The notes beneath the pieces are model-generated. The model was not told the origin of the DNA. It ran no database searches and saw only the letters and a program-made list of their open reading frames with translations. 42,287 nt of DNA from an uncultured delta proteobacterium. GTDB lineage: Bacteria; Desulfobacterota; WTBG01; CAIYCZ01; CAIRTM01. The DNA lies in the NCBI GenBank assembly GCA_963804955.1, contig CAWDSQ010000006.1, positions 1-42,287 on the forward strand, given 5' to 3'. Positions 9,955 through 21,682 of the stretch are shown piece after piece. Position 1 is the first letter of the stretch. Each line of letters opens with the position of its first letter. The translations under genes and the position numbers were made by a program.

Positions 9955-11342
9955 GGCGCATACGGCTTTTCAGAATACTGCGCACCATCCGCACCGCGCT
10001 GAAGGCCCTGCGCCGCAACCCCATGCGCGCCGCCCTGACAGCCCTCGGCATCATTATCGGCGTGGCGGCAGTCATCATCATGATGGAAATCGGCAAGGGG
10101 TCATCGGCGGCCATTCAGCGGACCATCGCCAATATGGGCGCCAATAACCTGCTGATCCTGCCGGGCACGGCCGCAAGCGGCGGCGTGAGCTTCGGCGCGG
10201 GCAGCGTCATGACCCTCACCCCGCAGGACGCCGAAGCCATCCTCAAAGAGTGCCCGGCCGTGCGCAGCGCGGCGCCCGTGGTGCGCGCGCGCACGCAGGT
10301 AATTTATGAAAACAAAAACTGGGTGCCCGTTTTTATTTTCGGCACCACCACCGAGTATCTCGCCGTGCGGGAATGGACCGCCATGGCGCAGGGCGAGATG
10401 TTTACCGACAGCGATATCCGCAACGCGAGCAAGGTGTGCGTGCTCGGGCAGACGCTGGTGCGGGAGCTGTTCGGCGGCGCCTCGCCAATCGGCAAAGAAG
10501 TGCGCGTAAAAAATATCTCTTTCAAGGTGGTGGGCGTGCTCAGCGGCAAGGGCGCCAATATGATGGGCATGGACCAGGACGATATCCTGCTTGCTCCCTG
10601 GACCACCATCAAGTACCGGGTGACCGGCTCATCGGCAACCACGGCCAACCAGAGCAGCTCTTCTTCGGCAGCCTCAACCGGGGTGAACTCTCTCAATAAG
10701 CTCTATCCCAGCGACCAGCTCAACCTCTATCCGGTGCAGTCGGCCACGCAGCAGGCCAACACGCCGCTGCCGGTGCGGTTCACCAATGTCGACCAGATCC
10801 TGACCGCCGCGCAGTCCGGAGCCGAAATACCCCTGGCAATGCGGCAGATAACGCAGCTGCTGCGGGAGCGCCACCGTTTGAACCCGGGCGACCCCGATGA
10901 TTTCAACATTCGCGACATGACGGAAATGAGCAAAACTCTTTCATCCACGTCAACGCTTATGACCAACCTGCTGCTGAGCGTTGCCCTCATCTCCCTTGTT
11001 GTGGGCGGGGTGGGCATCATGAATATCATGCTCGTCTCGGTGACGGAGCGCACCCGCGAGATCGGCCTACGCATGGCAGTGGGCGCCCGTGCCCGCGACA
11101 TCATGCGGCAGTTTCTGGTGGAAGCCGTGGTCATGTGCCTGGCCGGCGGTGCTGTGGGCATTCTGCTCGGCTGCGGAAGCTCGTTCCTGATAACATTCAT
11201 GCTGCGCTGGCCCACGGAGACATCGCCTGCCGCCATCTTTTCATCGGTTATCGTTTCCGCCAGCGTCGGAATCATCTTCGGTTTCTACCCGGCATGGAAG
11301 GCCTCAAGGCTTGATCCTATAGAAGCATTGCGCTATGAATGA
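9951..11342 (+). CDS. MacB-type ABC transporter permease (FtsX domain)
   Basis: LTALGIIIGVAAVI, large periplasmic domain, GGVGIMNIMLVSVTERTREIGLRMAVGA, PAWKASRLDPIEALRYE; ATGA overlap with the ATPase gene. Confidence 0.95.
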   Translation: MRRIRLFRILRTIRTALKALRRNPMRAALTALGIIIGVAAVIIMMEIGKGSSAAIQRTIANMGANNLLILPGTAASGGVSFGAGSVMTLTPQDAEAILKECPAVRSAAPVVRARTQVIYENKNWVPVFIFGTTTEYLAVREWTAMAQGEMFTDSDIRNASKVCVLGQTLVRELFGGASPIGKEVRVKNISFKVVGVLSGKGANMMGMDQDDILLAPWTTIKYRVTGSSATTANQSSSSSAASTGVNSLNKLYPSDQLNLYPVQSATQQANTPLPVRFTNVDQILTAAQSGAEIPLAMRQITQLLRERHRLNPGDPDDFNIRDMTEMSKTLSSTSTLMTNLLLSVALISLVVGGVGIMNIMLVSVTERTREIGLRMAVGARARDIMRQFLVEAVVMCLAGGAVGILLGCGSSFLITFMLRWPTETSPAAIFSSVIVSASVGIIFGFYPAWKASRLDPIEALRYE

Positions 11343-12823
11343 AGCTCGATTTTTTCAAAAAAAACGGTATACGCCCATGCGCCTTATACAGACGGTCATT
11401 AGTGTTGTGCTTGTGCTGGCAGCAGCGGGCTGCGCTGTCGGGCCCGACTTCAAACAGCCCGACACAGAAACGCCTGCGGCGTGGTCAAGCCTTGACGCCT
11501 TCGGGAAGCCGCAGGCAAGCACGGCCATAGCCGGGCCCGCAGCCCTGGCCGCGTGGTGGTCCATATTCAATGACCCGGCCTTGACCGGCCTGGTGGAAAA
11601 AGCGCTGGCAGCAAATCTCGACCTGAAGATCGCCGAGGCGCGCGTGCGCCAGGCCCGAGCCGCCCGGGGCACGGCCTTTGCCGGCCTGTGGCCCTCGCTG
11701 AACAGCTCGGCATCCTACCTGCGCTCCCATGAAAGCTCCCCGGGGGCATCCGACACTGCCATGGGAACCGGCGCCACGGCGCCAGGCCAGGTGCGCACCG
11801 ACCTTTTTCAGGCGGGCCTTGACGCGGCCTGGGAGCTTGATATTTTCGGCGGCACGCGCCGCAGCATTGAAGCGGCCGATGCCGATCTGCTGGCCGCCGA
11901 AGACAATCGCCGCAGCGTACTGGTATCGCTTGCTGCCGAGGTGGGCACCACCTATATAAGCCTCCGGGGCTATCAGCAGCAGCTCGCCATAGCCCGTAAA
12001 AACCTTGCGTCCCAGCTGCGCACCGCCGGCATAACCCGCAAGCGCTACGAAGCAGGCTTTGCCAATGCCCTTGACACGGCCAATGCCGAAGCTCTGGCCG
12101 CATCCACCCAGTCGCAGATCCCGCTTCTTGAATCAGCCGAGCGGCAGGCAATCTACAGCCTGAGCGTGCTGCTTGCCCGCGAGCCGGCAGCGCTGCAGCT
12201 GGAGCTCTCTCCCGAGGCGCCGCTTCCGCAGGTGCCTCAGCAGGTAGCCGTGGGCGTGCCTTCCGAGCTTTTGCGGCGCCGGCCCGATGTGCGAAGTGCG
12301 GAGGCGCAGCTGCATGCCGCCACCGCCCGCGTCGGCGTGGCGGTTGCAGACTTCTTTCCCAGATTTTCACTGGCCGGATCATTCGGCCTGCGCGGCGATG
12401 AGTGGCAGACCCTCGGCAGCCGCAGACAATCATGTCTGGTCGGGCGGACCCGGGGTCACCTGGAATATTTTTGATGCGGGCCGCACAATCTCCAGCCTGA
12501 AGCTCCAGAAGGCAGTGCAGGACGAGACGCTTGCGGCCTATGAAAAAGCCGTGCTCGCGGCGCTCAAGGATGTCGACAGCGCCCTTGTTGCCTACGCCAA
12601 GGAGCAGGAGCACCTGACAGCCCTTACCGATGCCGTAACAAACGGCCGCAAGGCCGTCGACCTTTCCCTGCAGCTCTACAGGGTCGGGCGCAACGATTAC
12701 CTGAGCGTGCTCATTGCCCAGCGCGCCCTGTTTGCCTATGAGGACGCATGGGTCATAAGCTCGCGCAACCTGGACACTACCCTGATCGCCCTGTACAAGG
12801 CCCTCGGCGGCGGCTGGGAATAA
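11335..12823 (+). CDS. TolC/NodT-family outer-membrane efflux lipoprotein (frameshift near 12415; alternative start 11377)
   Basis: Lipobox AAAGC-AVGPDF, WELDIFG, PSELLRRRPDVR, C-terminal LYKALGGGW in the second frame. Confidence 0.92.
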
Positions 12824-12828
12824 AAAAA

Positions 12829-12916
12829 CCGTTTCTGCCGTTTCAATAGTTTCAACAGTTTCAGTGATTCAAACGGCTGAAAAATCAAAACGGTTGGAGC
12901 TGTAGAAACGATTTTC
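12829..12916. repeat. 9-bp degenerate repeats (NNGTTTCAR, then inverted YTGAAACNG), 5' flank of four-helix-bundle gene 2
   Basis: ccgtttctg ccgtttcaa tagtttcaa cagtttcag tgattcaaa cggctgaaa ... aaaacggttggag ... gaaacg. Confidence 0.8.
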
Positions 12917-12927
12917 AGAGGGAATAT

Positions 12928-13317
12928 ATGAATATCAAAAAATTTGAAGATCTTGAAATCTGGAAACAAGCCCGCCAACTGGCAAATAATATTTACAACT
13001 TAAGTAAGACGGATAAATTCTCTAAAGACTTCGGCTTGCGCGATCAGATTCGCAGAGCTTCGGTCTCCATTTTGAGCAACATCGCTGAAGGATATGAGCG
13101 TGATGGTAATCAGGAGCTTATGCAATTCCTGTCTATTGCAAAAGGATCCTGCGGCGAAGTCCGCTCTCAGCTGTATATCGCAGGCGATCAGGGCTATATT
13201 TCAAAAGATGATTGCGAGCAGATGATTGATACATGCAAAAAGCTCTCTATCATGCTTCATAAATTCATCGAATATCTCAAAACCGCACCATATAAAGGCA
13301 ATAAATATAAAAAATAG
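12928..13317 (+). CDS. Four helix bundle protein (TIGR02436 / 23S rRNA IVP family)
   Basis: MNIKKFEDLEIWKQARQL...FSKDFGLRDQIRRASVSILSNIAEGYER...FLSIAKGSCGEVRSQLY; visibly more AT-rich than its neighbours. Confidence 0.95.
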   Translation: MNIKKFEDLEIWKQARQLANNIYNLSKTDKFSKDFGLRDQIRRASVSILSNIAEGYERDGNQELMQFLSIAKGSCGEVRSQLYIAGDQGYISKDDCEQMIDTCKKLSIMLHKFIEYLKTAPYKGNKYKK

Positions 13318-13376
13318 TTTCAGCAGTCCCAATAATTCAAACGACTGAAACAGCTGAAACATTGAAACGGCTGAAA
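13315..13376. repeat. 9-bp degenerate repeats, 3' flank of four-helix-bundle gene 2
   Basis: tagtttcag cagtcccaa taattcaaa cgactgaaa cagctgaaa cattgaaa cggctgaaa. Confidence 0.8.
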
Positions 13377-13378
13377 AA

Positions 13379-13783
13379 ATGTCTGATTTCATACCCGAAC
13401 CGCCTGCTGCATACACCTATGAGCTTCCCGGGGGATGGAGCGTGCTTGCGGGCAAAACCGATGAAGACAATGACCGGCTGAGCATAAAAATCGCCGCGCC
13501 GCAGGACTGGTGGTTCCATGTGCGCGGCATGCCCGGCAGCCATGTGCTGCTGCGGGCGCACGAAACAGGCCGGGAGCCCGATGCAGCAACGCTCAAGGCC
13601 GCAGCTGCCATTGCGGCATATCACAGCAAGGCCCGCGGCGGCGGCATAGTAGCTGTTTCCTGCACCATGGCCCGCTATGTAACCAAGCCCCGGGGCGCAA
13701 AGCCCGGCACCGTCTCCATTCGCAAAGAGCAGGTGCTGAAGGTCCGGCCGGGCCTGCCTGAGCGCACGGAAAAAACAGATTAA
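13379..13783 (+). CDS. Stand-alone NFACT RNA-binding (DUF814) domain protein
   Basis: VLAGKTDEDNDRLS, DWWFHVRGMPGSHV, AAAIAAYHSKAR, VTKPRGAKPGTV. Confidence 0.9.
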   Translation: MSDFIPEPPAAYTYELPGGWSVLAGKTDEDNDRLSIKIAAPQDWWFHVRGMPGSHVLLRAHETGREPDAATLKAAAAIAAYHSKARGGGIVAVSCTMARYVTKPRGAKPGTVSIRKEQVLKVRPGLPERTEKTD

Positions 13784-13803
13784 AGCAAAAAATGGGAGGC
13801 GCT

Positions 13804-14445
13804 ATGTCTTCTGATGATCAGGCTCTGAACGAATGGGCAGCAAATATTCTCAGGCAGGAGAACCGCTATTGCCAGGAGGTGACCATCACGAAGGTGCATG
13901 GCTCCTGCCCGTACGGACACCGTGAGGGCGAAACCTTTCGGGTTACGGCCATGCATGCCGGCGGCCTCTGCGGCTCGCTGCTCACGGCTATTTTCCCGTC
14001 CGTGGTGGCTCAGCACTATGGCGGCTCCGTGCTCTGGGAAACCGAAGCAGGCGCGTTTACCGGCCGCTGCCCTGAAGGCGGTACAGTCGAGGTGGCGGTC
14101 CAGCGCCTTGACAACCCCGAACCGGCACTCTATAAAAAGGAGTACCTGCCCGGGAATATGGCCGGGTGCGGATTATGTGTGCCTGATACGAACCGCCTCG
14201 TGGTCGAGGTAACGGATATTGCAGGCAGCTGTTATTACGGCCACAGCACGGGCGACAGAATTGAGGTAGACCCCTTTCATGTGAACGGCATGTGCTGCCT
14301 GCTCTACAACCAGCTCTATCCGTATATACATGTGCTGCTGTCGGGCGCGACACCTCCCTGGGCAACTATGCCGCACAGCATTGCCGGAGAATGCCCGGAT
14401 ATTTTTAACCGGCTGAGTTTCCGGATGTCGCTGGAAAAAAGATAG
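13804..14445 (+). CDS. Tandem TIGR04076-like Cys/His metal-binding domain protein
   Basis: GGAGG RBS before ATG 13804. Two copies of the pattern GSC-x-YGH-xx-G...C...P...CP[ED] (GSCPYGHREGETF...CPEG and GSCYYGHSTGDRI...CPDIFN). Confidence 0.7.
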   Translation: MSSDDQALNEWAANILRQENRYCQEVTITKVHGSCPYGHREGETFRVTAMHAGGLCGSLLTAIFPSVVAQHYGGSVLWETEAGAFTGRCPEGGTVEVAVQRLDNPEPALYKKEYLPGNMAGCGLCVPDTNRLVVEVTDIAGSCYYGHSTGDRIEVDPFHVNGMCCLLYNQLYPYIHVLLSGATPPWATMPHSIAGECPDIFNRLSFRMSLEKR

Positions 14446-14546
14446 AACCATAGCAGCGCCTTGCCCGGACAGGCACATACTGCACTGCCTTGTATGTGGC
14501 TGGCTCACGGTATGCCGGTTTCCCTTACACTCAAAGAAACAGCCCT

Positions 14547-16017
14547 ATGCTGAAACGTGCCCTCGTAACAACTCTGTCAGCGTGTTTCCTGTTTTTTGCC
14601 CCGGCTCTGCCTGCCCGGGCTGATACCATATTTTTTAAAAATGGCGCCCGGCTGGATATTTCCAGCACCTGGGAGGCCGACGGGCAGATAAAGTGCAGCC
14701 TCTACGGCCAGGAGGCGGGCTATCCGCTCAAGGATGTGCTGCGGGTTGAAAAAAACACTCTTCCGCCTGCACCGGCAGAAAAAACAGACTGCGGCTGACA
14801 TCAGGCGCGAGCTTGATATCCTCACGCTGCATAACGAGGCAATGGAGCTTGAGCGGAAAGGCGCTCTTGCGGATGCCCTTGACAAGGAAAAGCAGGCGTG
14901 CAGTCTTGATCCGGATAATGAGGGCGTGCGCACATCAGTGGGCATTTTGTACAATTCCCTTGGCATAGAGAAAAAAAAGCAGGGTGATTATGACGGGGCT
15001 TTGCAGCAGTTTCAGTCCGCCGCTGCATATGCACCCCGGGAGCCCCAGATAAAGAAAAATATTGCCGTGGTGTATATCGAGATGGCGCGGCAGGCTATGG
15101 AAAAAAATGATTACCGGACCGCTCAGGCATTGCTTGACACAGCCATGGGCTATGACCCGCTTAATCCCCATATCTTTGTCTCAGCCGGCAGGATAGCCTA
15201 TATCGGCAACAATTATGCGAAAGCCGGGCAGGACTGGTCGCGGGCCCTTGAGCTTGCCCCAAGCCTGAGCGAGGTGCGGGAGCAGCTGCAGAAGCTGCAG
15301 AAGGAAAAAAATCTGGAAGACGGCTTTGAAATTCGCGAGCGCGATAATTTCAGCATAAAATTTGAAAGCGCCCGGAACCGCGAACTTGCCGATGCGCTCA
15401 TGCAGGTGCTGCGGGATGCCTACCGCGAGGTGGGGCGGGACTTTGATCTCTACCCGGACTCTACCGTTCCCGTTATCGTCTATCCGCAGAGCGATATCAG
15501 CCGGCTTGCCTACTTTCCCGACTGGGCCGCGGGGTCCTATGACGGCAAAATCCGTTTCGGGGAAAATGTCTGGAAGCAGAGCCTGCACATGAAGGCCGTG
15601 CTCTATCATGAGTATACCCATGTGCTGGTGCGCATGGCGGCAGGCGGCAATGTGCCGTTCTGGCTCAACGAGGGCCTTGCCGAATACGAGGCCCGCCTCT
15701 TCAAGGCGCCTCACATGATCGGCGGCCGGAAAAAAATGCTGCACAGCGCGCAGCGCCTCTTTACCCTGAGCGAGCTTGCGGACATGAATATCCCGGCTCT
15801 GTCAAGGCTGCAGCCTCAGGCTATCGAGCTTGCCTATGCCCAGTCGGAATCATTTGTAACCTGGCTGATTGAAAAATATTCATTCAGAGATATGCGCAGC
15901 CTGCTGGCCCGCCTCGGCCGGGGCGAAAATATTCAGGCTGCCACAAGCGGCGAGCTTCATGAAGAGCTTGCGGTGCTGGAGCAGAAATGGCGGGAACAGC
16001 TCAATAGCGCCGAATAA
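14547..16017 (+). CDS. Secreted TPR-repeat protein with peptidase MA-like (gluzincin) domain (frameshift near 14790)
   Basis: Signal peptide ending ARA-DTIFFKNG, TPR helices, HEYTH followed by WLNEGLAEYE, AYAQS. Confidence 0.85.
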
Positions 16018-16531
16018 GAGCCGGGGGGCTGCGCAGCTTTTTCTTTGGCCCCTTGTTATATGCTGCCGGCAGCAGTATCTGAGGCCGCAGCGATACCGCA
16101 GGCTGCCGGCTCCGGCACATCTTTACTGCTGCATAATGATATTTGCAGCCCCTGTGTTTGCCCAGTATAAAATTATACCATAAATAAAAATTGTCCTGAT
16201 ATTTTCTTTATGATATATTTAAAAAATTAAGCTTTTTAACATTTAATTTCAATAAGGGTGTACGTGCGCAGATAGAAATTAATCAACCACGAAACAAATC
16301 CTTAATTTCACTATGCGCATATATTCTCTGCCCTGTTTTTTTGCTGCCCGGGCACACAGCTTGTATTCATCCCACATTCTTGGCAGCAATTGGTTTGCCC
16401 CGGACATCGTTTATTCCGGATGATGTCAGTTTTCAATCAGGCACGATGCCTGTGCATAAGCTTCAGCAGACGCCAGCACGAGCATCTCGGCCAGGGATAC
16501 GGTAAATTATTGCTTCAAAAAGGAGTTTTTC

Positions 16532-17275
16532 ATGGATCTATCTTTAATCGTTCCCTGTTACAATGAAGGCCCCTATCTTACTGATAACCTGACTTCCATT
16601 TACACCCTTCTCACCACAATGAATCTCAGCTTTGAAATGATTATCATTGAAGATACAAGCACGAATGACACATTGCAGAGAGTGCGGGAGTTTGCAAAAG
16701 AACGCCCCCATGTCCAGCTGTTTGCCCATGATATCAACCGGGGACGAGGCTATACTGTCAGCGAGGGCATTAGAAAAGCAACGGGGAGGGTCGTCGGCTT
16801 TATTGACGTTGATTTGGAGGTCGATTGCCACAACATAATACCTTTTGTTTTCAAAGTGATGGAGGGCTACGATGTTGTTAACGGTTTTCGGATTTATAAA
16901 ATCCGCTGGTGGGACCCGAGATGGATACTTTCAAAAGGGTATTTCTTACTAGCTAAGTTATTATGTCATTGGCATACGCCGTTTCATGATACCGAGGCGG
17001 GCTTTAAATTTTTCAACAGGGAAAAAATACTTCCCGTTATTGCTGAAGTTGAAGATAATCACTGGTTCTGGGATACCGAGGTCATGGTCAGATCGTTCTA
17101 TCATGGTTTGAAGATGGCGGAAGTCCCCATCCTGTTCATCAGAAAGAATCAGGCGTTCAGCACGTTAAACTCATTTTCTGATTCTTTCTATTATTTTAAA
17201 AAACTACTCGGTTTCCGGAAAGTTATCAGGCAATATGAGAACAACGGGGCGCCTGTGCGGCAACCGCACGAGTAG
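16532..17275 (+). CDS. GT2 glycosyltransferase, polyprenyl-phosphate (DPM/DPG-synthase-like) type
   Basis: LSLIVPCYNE, NRGRG, FIDVDLE (DxD), DTEAGFK, WFWDTE. Confidence 0.92.
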   Translation: MDLSLIVPCYNEGPYLTDNLTSIYTLLTTMNLSFEMIIIEDTSTNDTLQRVREFAKERPHVQLFAHDINRGRGYTVSEGIRKATGRVVGFIDVDLEVDCHNIIPFVFKVMEGYDVVNGFRIYKIRWWDPRWILSKGYFLLAKLLCHWHTPFHDTEAGFKFFNREKILPVIAEVEDNHWFWDTEVMVRSFYHGLKMAEVPILFIRKNQAFSTLNSFSDSFYYFKKLLGFRKVIRQYENNGAPVRQPHE

Positions 17276-17401
17276 TTTTTCGCATGTGACTTTGCAGGAT
17301 GAGATGCAATCTCTCGAAGTCAACTCTATTTCCGTCATCCCACGATGGTTTTAAAAGCCTTCTAAGAAGCAGGAAGCAGCACGGCTAACCGGAGCAGCAT
17401 T

Positions 17402-18786
17402 GTGAAATTATACAGCACCGCACTTGAAAAGCTTTACAGCCTTGCCGGCAAGGTGACGCCCTATACTGCCTGGTCCGTTTTGGAGGAAATCAGGAAAGGC
17501 GGGACGATGTCACCGGATGAGCTTGCGGCAATCCAGTGGCAGCGGCTGTCGGCTTGTATCAGTTTTGCCTATGAGAATGTTAAGCTATACCGGGACCTGT
17601 GGAGCCGCAGCGGCATTCACCCCAAAGACATTAAAGATAGAAATGATTTTCGCAGGCTGCCGGTACTGACCCGGGCTGAAATTGCCGCACAGTCCTCCCG
17701 GAGGATTTGATGAGCCGCAGCGCCGATACGCGGGGGCTTGTGTCCGTATGCTCATCCGGGACCACCACGGGCAAGCCGCTGCGCGTTTTCCTTGATAATG
17801 CCTGCTACAATCACCAGTACGCAAATCTCCTGTACGGATATTATCTGACGGGGTGGCGCCTGGGCACGCCCATGATGACGGTTCGCAACTTCGCGCATGG
17901 CGATTACCGGGGAGCATACTGCGACGGCGATTTTTCGCATGAGCCCTTTGAGGCAGTTCGGTCTTTGGTTTACCGCTTTGTTCACCGCAAGCAGCTCCTC
18001 CCGCCGCTGCAGGGAGACATGAAGCCAGACGATGCGCATATGGCCTCTCTGCACGGCAGAATCAAAGCCTATGCTCCGTACCTGCTTGAGGGGAATGCTT
18101 ATTTCTGGTATCAGTTTGCACGGTATCTGCTTGAGCGGGGCGAGCGTGCTGCCTTCAGTCAAAGCCGTGGAGATTGACGAGGTCTGCCTTGCTCCCGGCC
18201 AGAAGGAAATTATATCGCAGTGCTTTAGCTGTCCGGTGTATGACTGCTACGGCTCCCACGAGCTTGGCGTGGTGGCGCACGGCTGCCCGGCAGGCCGGAA
18301 GGGAATCATATTTTATCCCTTTCTCATTATGTGGAAATCATAGATACCGAAAGCGGCCAGGAAGCGCCCCCTGATGGTCTGGGCAGTGTTATCATAACAG
18401 ATATCTCAAACTCCGTAATGCCCCTCATACGCTATGAAACAGGAGACCTCGCGAGCAAACCTGGCGGCCCATGCTCATGCGGCATTGCCTATCCGCGCAT
18501 GAGCTCCATTGCCGGCCGCACCATAAACTGTGTTACCGCTGCAGGGAAAACATTCACGGAGAAATTTTTCCTTGAGCAGATCTTCCGCTTTGAGGGCGTT
18601 GTTGCGTTTCAGGTCGATAAATCAAAGCCGGGGGAATTACGGTGAATGTGATTGCCCGCACACCCGGCGTTCGGGAAATGATTGAAACCGGGCTGAAGCA
18701 GTCGCTGGGCATGCCGGTGACGGTCTGGTCTGGTTGATACTATTGCATTAGAGCGGCCGGGCAAAGCCCGGTGGGTGAGGGCTTAA
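17402..18786 (+). CDS. Phenylacetate-CoA ligase (PaaK/CapK)-like adenylate-forming enzyme (several frameshifts)
   Basis: AYENVKLYRDLW, LPVLTR, SSGTTTGKP, YGSHE and MPLIRYETGDLA are spread over consecutive frames. Confidence 0.85.
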
Positions 18787-18789
18787 AGC

Positions 18790-19365
18790 ATGGACATTGT
18801 CTACGGGCATCCAGCGACATACCGGTTAATTGAAAAGCTTATTTACGGCAGAAGCTATCGCTACCACTATGAAGCGCTGGCCCGCGAGATCGGCTCGTCG
18901 GCGCTGCTTGAGCTGTGCTGCGGAGACTGTCAGATTCTTGATTTCTACGGCGGAAGCAAGCTATCGGGGCGTTGATATAAACCCCACATTTGTGAAGCAT
19001 GCTGTCAGGCGCGGGCTGGACGTTGTCTGCAAAGATATAGGGGCCTATGATATTCCCAAAACAGAGTGCATACTTATTCATAACAGCCTGTATCAATTCT
19101 ATCCTCAGCATGAGGCGCTGATAGCTCGTGCGCTGGCAAGCGCCACGGAAAAACTGATTATCAGCGAGCCGGTAGTCAATCTTTCATCCTCGTCAAACCG
19201 TTTGATTGCGGCTCTGGCAAGGCGGCTGACAAGCATGGGCGGTTCCGTATCGACAAAACGTTTCAACAGGGGCGAGGCCGAGGACATTTTTCAGCGTTTC
19301 GGACGCGCAGCAAGGTTGAGTTTCTCGGCAGGAACCTGATGGGAGTCATAGGCAGGCAGGGCTGA
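18790..19365 (+). CDS. Class I SAM-dependent methyltransferase (frameshifts)
   Basis: LLELCCGDC (motif I variant), YRGVDINP, LIISEP. Confidence 0.75.
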
Positions 19366-19418
19366 TATAACCGGATTCAGCCGTACAACATGTTAATGTA
19401 TGAAAGGGCTGTTAACTC

Positions 19419-20428
19419 ATGATGCTGAAAACGGCACTTGCCGGCTGCCGGGCGCTCCTCAAACACGTCTGTGTTGAGAAGGCCTGTTCCTTTCAGCCTG
19501 GTTCTGGTTACCAATACGACCTGCAATTATCCTGCTCGTATTGTAAGATCTGGGCCCGCACTGACCCCGAGCTCACGACGGTTCAGATTGAGGCATTATC
19601 GACCAGGCTGCGCAGCTGGGCACGGTGCGGCTCGGCTTAACCGGCGGTGAGCCCCTGCTGCGCGACGATATCGGCCATATCATCTCCCATGCCAGGTCCC
19701 GGGGGCTCTATGTCAGCCTGAATACCAACGGCTCTCTGGTTGCGCAGCGTCTTAGCAGGATCTGAAGGATCTTGACCTCTCACGCTGTCTTTCGACGGCG
19801 ACGAGGCAGACCATGACCGCAGCAAAAACAAAGGCGCCTACGCCCATGTCATGAACGCCATCGCCCTTGCGAAACGGCACAATATCAAGGTTTCAACGAC
19901 GACAACCCTCACCCGCGACAATCTTCAGGCGGTTGACTTTGTCGTGAACAAAGCCCGGGAGCTGGGGTTTAAAGCGGCCTTCCAGCTGCTGCACCATCCG
20001 GCGGCAGCGGCCGGTGATGCGGCATTTCTCCTGCCGCCGGATGCGGCAGTACCGGGAGTGCCTGCGCAGGCTCATTGCCTGCAAGGAAGCAGTATCCTCG
20101 AACAGTGCTCAACTCACGGAGCTATTTTGACATCCTGCTCGCATGGCCCGATTATTCAGAGGCCGTTCTTGAGCAGCATACCGCGCAAGATGAACTGTAA
20201 GGCAGGGGGCTTTACTGCCATATCGATGTGAACGGTGACGTGTATCCGTGCCATCAGCTCTTAAAAACGTTTACGCCGCCCAATGTTCTCAAAATGCCCC
20301 TGGCCAGGGCATTGTCGCAACTGCCGCAGCACCGGTGCGCCATATGTCTTGCCGGTGATTATCTCGAATACAATCTGCTTTTCTCTCTGCGTCCGTCCGT
20401 CGTCATGAATGTGATAAAAAATTTTTAA
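19419..20428 (+). CDS. Radical SAM enzyme with SPASM/twitch-like C-terminus (multiple frameshifts)
   Basis: Split CN-x-x-CSYC motif, TGGEPLLRDD, SLNTNG, C-terminal NCKAG...NGDVYPC...CAIC. Confidence 0.8.
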
Positions 20429-20591
20429 AGGGCCTGCAGAGCAGCCGAAGCTCCGGTCTGATAAATGCATGCACATATAAAAACTTTACATATACTTCTT
20501 CTTTGGTATAGACGCCGATATACAGAAGTGCCGAAGCCCTGCTTCAGGGCTGAGAAGCCGCCTGCGTTTTTAGTTCGATGAGAGGAAAGCC

Positions 20592-21682
20592 GTGAATACT
20601 ATTCTTGAAATGGCACTGCTGTGCGGTGAAACCAAAATAAAAAAGGCTCTGGGGAGCTATCCCCATGGCCCGCTCATTGTTTATCTGTGCCCGACCGAGC
20701 TGTGTAATTTCCGCTGTAAAATGTGCGGGATCGGCAGGCCCGGCACCATAGACCGCACCGACGAGCTTTCCACCGACAGGATCATTTCTCTGCTTGCGGA
20801 AACGCAAAAAGTGCGGAACAAAAATTCTGGCGCTGTGGGGCGGCGAGCCGCTCACCAATAAAGGGCTTATTCCAGTCATAGAAGCGGCACATGCCTTAAA
20901 AATGCATACCTACCTGACAACCAACGGGTATCTTCTGGATGAGAACTGGCGCAGGCAGCTGATCAAAGCAGGGGTCGATACGGTCTCTGTATCCCTTGAC
21001 CACACAGCAGCCGCAGGCCATGACAGCCTGCGGGGCAAGCAGGGGGCCTTTGACCGCATTGTTGCAAATCTGAAGGCCATAATCCGGGAAAGTAGCGGCA
21101 GCGTCAATATCGGGCTCAATATGCTGATCCACAAAGAAAATATCGATGAAATAGTAAAAATGGCACGCCTTGCCGGTGAGATCGGACTTAAATGGCTTAA
21201 GTTCAATCCAGCACTCCCCGGCTATCCCTTCAATGATAAAAGCTTTGATGATCCGGGAATCCGCTTCACGGCCGAGGAAGTCGAGAGGTTCAGCAGCGCC
21301 ATACAGGAGGCGCGAAAACTGCTGGTGCAGCAGGGGCATGTATACCAACTCTCTGCCGTTTTTGATGGGGATGATACAGCATTTCGAAGGCCGTGATCTT
21401 TCAAAGGGCTGCTGCGCAGGCTTTCTGTCGGCCAATATAAGCAGCCGGGGCGATGTCACCATGTGCACCCGCGACAATCGCATTGTCGGCAATATAAAAA
21501 CCACGCCCTTTCAGGACGTATGGAACTCAGAGGCATTTAAAAACGCGAGAAAGCAGATAAACCGCGAGGCCTGCCGCCACTGCTGGCAATCCTGCTATGC
21601 CGAGGCTTCCTCCCGGCTGGATCTGTCTTTTCATCTTAAAAATCTTGGCACCACGCTCAAAGAGATCGGATTTACTAAATGA
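20592..21682 (+). CDS. Radical SAM/SPASM enzyme (frameshifts near 20810 and 21335)
   Basis: CNFRCKMC, WGGEP, TTNG, HDSLRG; SPASM CCAG...GDVTMC...GNI...VWNS...CRHCWQSC. Confidence 0.9.

Noticed and set aside
1058..13317. Diversity-generating retroelement (Avd-like four-helix bundles plus DUF1566-like targets)
   Set aside because: There is no reverse transcriptase in the window and no template/variable repeat pair with adenine-specific mismatches that I could see.
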